From assembly GCA_051294905.1 (NCBI GenBank), contig CM119373.1:4652001-4716000 (forward strand): DNA of 64,000 nt, read 5' to 3'. Positions 61,449-64,000 of the stretch are shown piece after piece (positions within the stretch are counted from its first letter, which is position 1; each line of letters starts with the position of its first letter). Source of the stretch: Botryllus schlosseri (lineage: Eukaryota). The notes beneath the pieces are model-generated. The model saw only the letters and a program-made list of their open reading frames with translations, ran no database searches and was not told the origin of the DNA. The position numbers and the translations under genes were made by a program.

Positions 61449-62485
61449 ATGAAAGTGGATACGTATCAGCTCCTAGCTCTGATGCTATTTGTGGCAGGTT
61501 TGATGGTTACATATGTTTTTGAATGTCATACGATATAAGCATAAAACTCATTACCGCTATAGATGGAAACAACAAGGCTGTAGCGTATACCAGTATCAGT
61601 GTGCCAGCTGATTGCTAGCCAGCACGGATGATGTTCAAACATTGTTTTTCGCAAGCCGACGTGGTCGACTTTTACGATCTCAACTATCCTTGCCGTGCTT
61701 TTCGTTGTTTTAAATATAAGAAATAATAAGGTTTTAACTAGATTTTATAACATTCTTTGGACCTTCGAAAACGCGCCTTGGGAGATCACGCGATATATTA
61801 CCACTGTGAATCGATATCAAAACGTAAAGTTCCTAATTTATAATGGTCGTAGATGTGGATTATCAGAGTTTTTATACGCAATTAAGAGCTATTAATATAT
61901 TGATCATAGATTTATAATCGATAACTGCACCGATGTAAAAACGGCCATGATATTTCTAACGACTGGAGTACACTTGAACCTTACTGCATAACTGAAGTTT
62001 GAATTTGCATATAGTCCGTGAGATATTATATTTGTGAATAAAGGTGAAATGACATGACTATTAGCGGTAACATATTATTGAAATCCGCCAGTCAAGTAAG
62101 TGCGTCAATCGATGAAATAGTGGACGTGTCTACAAGCTGAGAGGTATTGTTTAGAACGGGGGCCATATTTCCGCATACAATGATTCGTTCATGCAACAGC
62201 CCTGTTGCATTATTCACACGCATCGGATATTGTGATATGGTGATATGACGACTTTTAGAAATTCAGAGTTTCATTCAGGTCATCGTTTCTCAAAGGGATG
62301 CGAATATCAAAGAAAGCTTAACTTGGTAAGCAGGTTAATTGCAAATATTGAATTTAATTTAAGATCCAATATCACTCTCCCGATCACAAAAGCTTCAAGA
62401 AACTTGTATTTTCCATTGCCCGTTCTTCATTTACAAAACTCGGCAGATACATTTGACATGTATTTCCTGTTGCAGGATCTTTCGG
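61449..62485 (+). CDS. Gene D, first three coding exons; continues beyond the window
   Basis: join(61449-61497,62279-62325,62476-62485) gives MKVDTYQLLALMLFVA-GHRFSKGCEYQRKLNL-DLS; splice sites conserved with gene B. Confidence 0.75.
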
Positions 62486-63565
62486 GTGAGAATGTATTTG
62501 CTTGCATCGATCCACAATAGCGGAATCCAGTATCCGAATGTATTGTTGACGATACCGAGTTGCTGAAACGCAACGAAATTCGTCGATTAAACATAAGTTA
62601 CGGTGATGTATTATTGATATATTACCACTTCAAGCTAAACATTCGTATAATATACGATGTGCGTTACGGCTACGTCATATATGATCTGTGAGAAATGTTG
62701 TTGCTTCAAGGTTTATTAGACATTCGTCTTGACGAATCGGCGGTATGCTTTCTTTTCTCGCCTATGCAGCTGATTTAACGCTTGGTTCAGATAGCACCCA
62801 TACATATCAGTTTATTGTGTGGTACACTATACCTTGATAGTTTATTGATACGAACATAACATAAGATCCTTACGCGCAGGACTGCAGAACACGACTGACT
62901 ATCGTCGGTTGCTCGACGCGTTAGAACACAATGTAGTAAGCCAGTAACTGTTATCAAGTAAAAATATTGTCCAATGACAATACAGATGACATTGAAAAGT
63001 GAATTTCTACTGAATTATGTGTACATGAAATTGACTTCTGCTCAAATTAAATATCGCATTGTTGTAATGTAAATAAGTAATCGAGATGTTTGACTATATC
63101 TTTCGCCACTACCCCAACTTTCCCAGTCTTATCAGTTTGAAATCTTTTCAATCTAATGTTCAAGAGGAGTGCAGTTATACCCAATCCTATATGCTATGTA
63201 AAGACCGATTTCAATACATTAATCATGACAAGATGATTTCACTGTTCTGACTGAGACTTAATAACAATCTTGTTCAAAGCAAATGATCAAATTTGTGATG
63301 ACAACGATTTTACTAACAATATTGTCCATGTGCCTATATGTATGGATAACGATACATTGTTATATTCGACATCACACCCTCCGTAGGTTGTATGGTATTT
63401 TATCAAGAACATATAATGAAGAATGATTCCAATTTCATAACTTCACTGCCGCCGCATATGTAATATATATATATACATGATGTGACGCCAAGCCTCACAT
63501 GGTATGAATACTCTTCGTCAGAGTCAAAGACAACGATATTAGTTATTATTTTCAATGGAATGAAG

Positions 63566-63700
63566 CAGGGCTATGAAGCAGCCGTAAATTTTAAGTGCTC
63601 GAGCTCCAGCTCCGGAGCTTTCTTCTATCATAGATTAGCTGAAGCTCCAGCTCCGGAGCCGCATTATTACCACTGCTCCGGCTTCGGCTCCGGCTCTGAA
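63566..63700. mobile_element. Left end of a MITE with (gctcc(a/g)) arrays
   Basis: cagggct start followed by gctccagctccggagc and ggctccggctc repeats; no right end seen. Confidence 0.5.
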
Positions 63701-63949
63701 AATTATCGAATGGGTCTGTCTATATAAGGGGTGACCAAGCCGCGGCCCGCGGGCTGGATGTGGCCCGCGAGGTAATTTCCTATTATATCATCGAAGTCCT
63801 GCTATATTATCGAAAATGAATTGCTGTGTGAACTTGCAAGGCCAACCAAACATTACAAGTCTTGCTGCGACACTTTGGATGTTGATGACTAAAATATCAG
63901 TTCCGACGCATTGGCAGATTACAATTAAATAGTATATTCATATTGAAAT

Positions 63950-63995
63950 GAACCCGAATATTTTCGGCTGACACTCGTCAGGAGTAATCGTCAGC
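63950..63995 (-). ncRNA. Minimal type-I hammerhead ribozyme motif, intact core, in a pLTR cut by the window edge
   Basis: Reverse complement reads gctgacgatt actc CTGACGA g-tgtcagc-c GAAA atat TC gggt; stem I has 4 bp including one G-U. Confidence 0.8.
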
Positions 63996-64000
63996 AACTA

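Overview
AT-rich, intron-containing animal DNA, probably a marine invertebrate (a tunicate-like genome is my inference only). Most short ORFs in the supplied track are spurious. (1) A tandem cluster of + strand genes for predicted secreted proteins. Gene A shows its terminal pentraxin exon (3032-3702). Gene B reconstructs as a complete 5-exon, 312-aa signal peptide + Ser/Thr stalk + pentraxin protein (16682-38587) and is followed by a decayed pentraxin-exon duplicate. Gene C (43064-58468) lacks a pentraxin exon. Gene D (from 61449) runs off the window. Genes B, C and D share a 10-nt micro-exon (GATC[T/A]TTCGG|gtgaga). (2) Two 5'-truncated Penelope-like retroelements bracketed by inverted pseudo-LTRs, plus two further pLTR copies (one solo, one cut by the window edge). 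Together they give six minimal type-I hammerhead ribozyme motifs with a palindromic stem III and an apparent 7-bp pairing between loop II and the 5' flank. (3) A young 5'-truncated L1/Tx1-type LINE with a 16-bp TSD and a structured 3' cassette. (4) tRNA-derived SINEs and about 30 non-autonomous DNA transposons, mostly hAT-type with 8-bp TSDs, nested up to five deep in introns. All calls were made by eye and no database searches were run.
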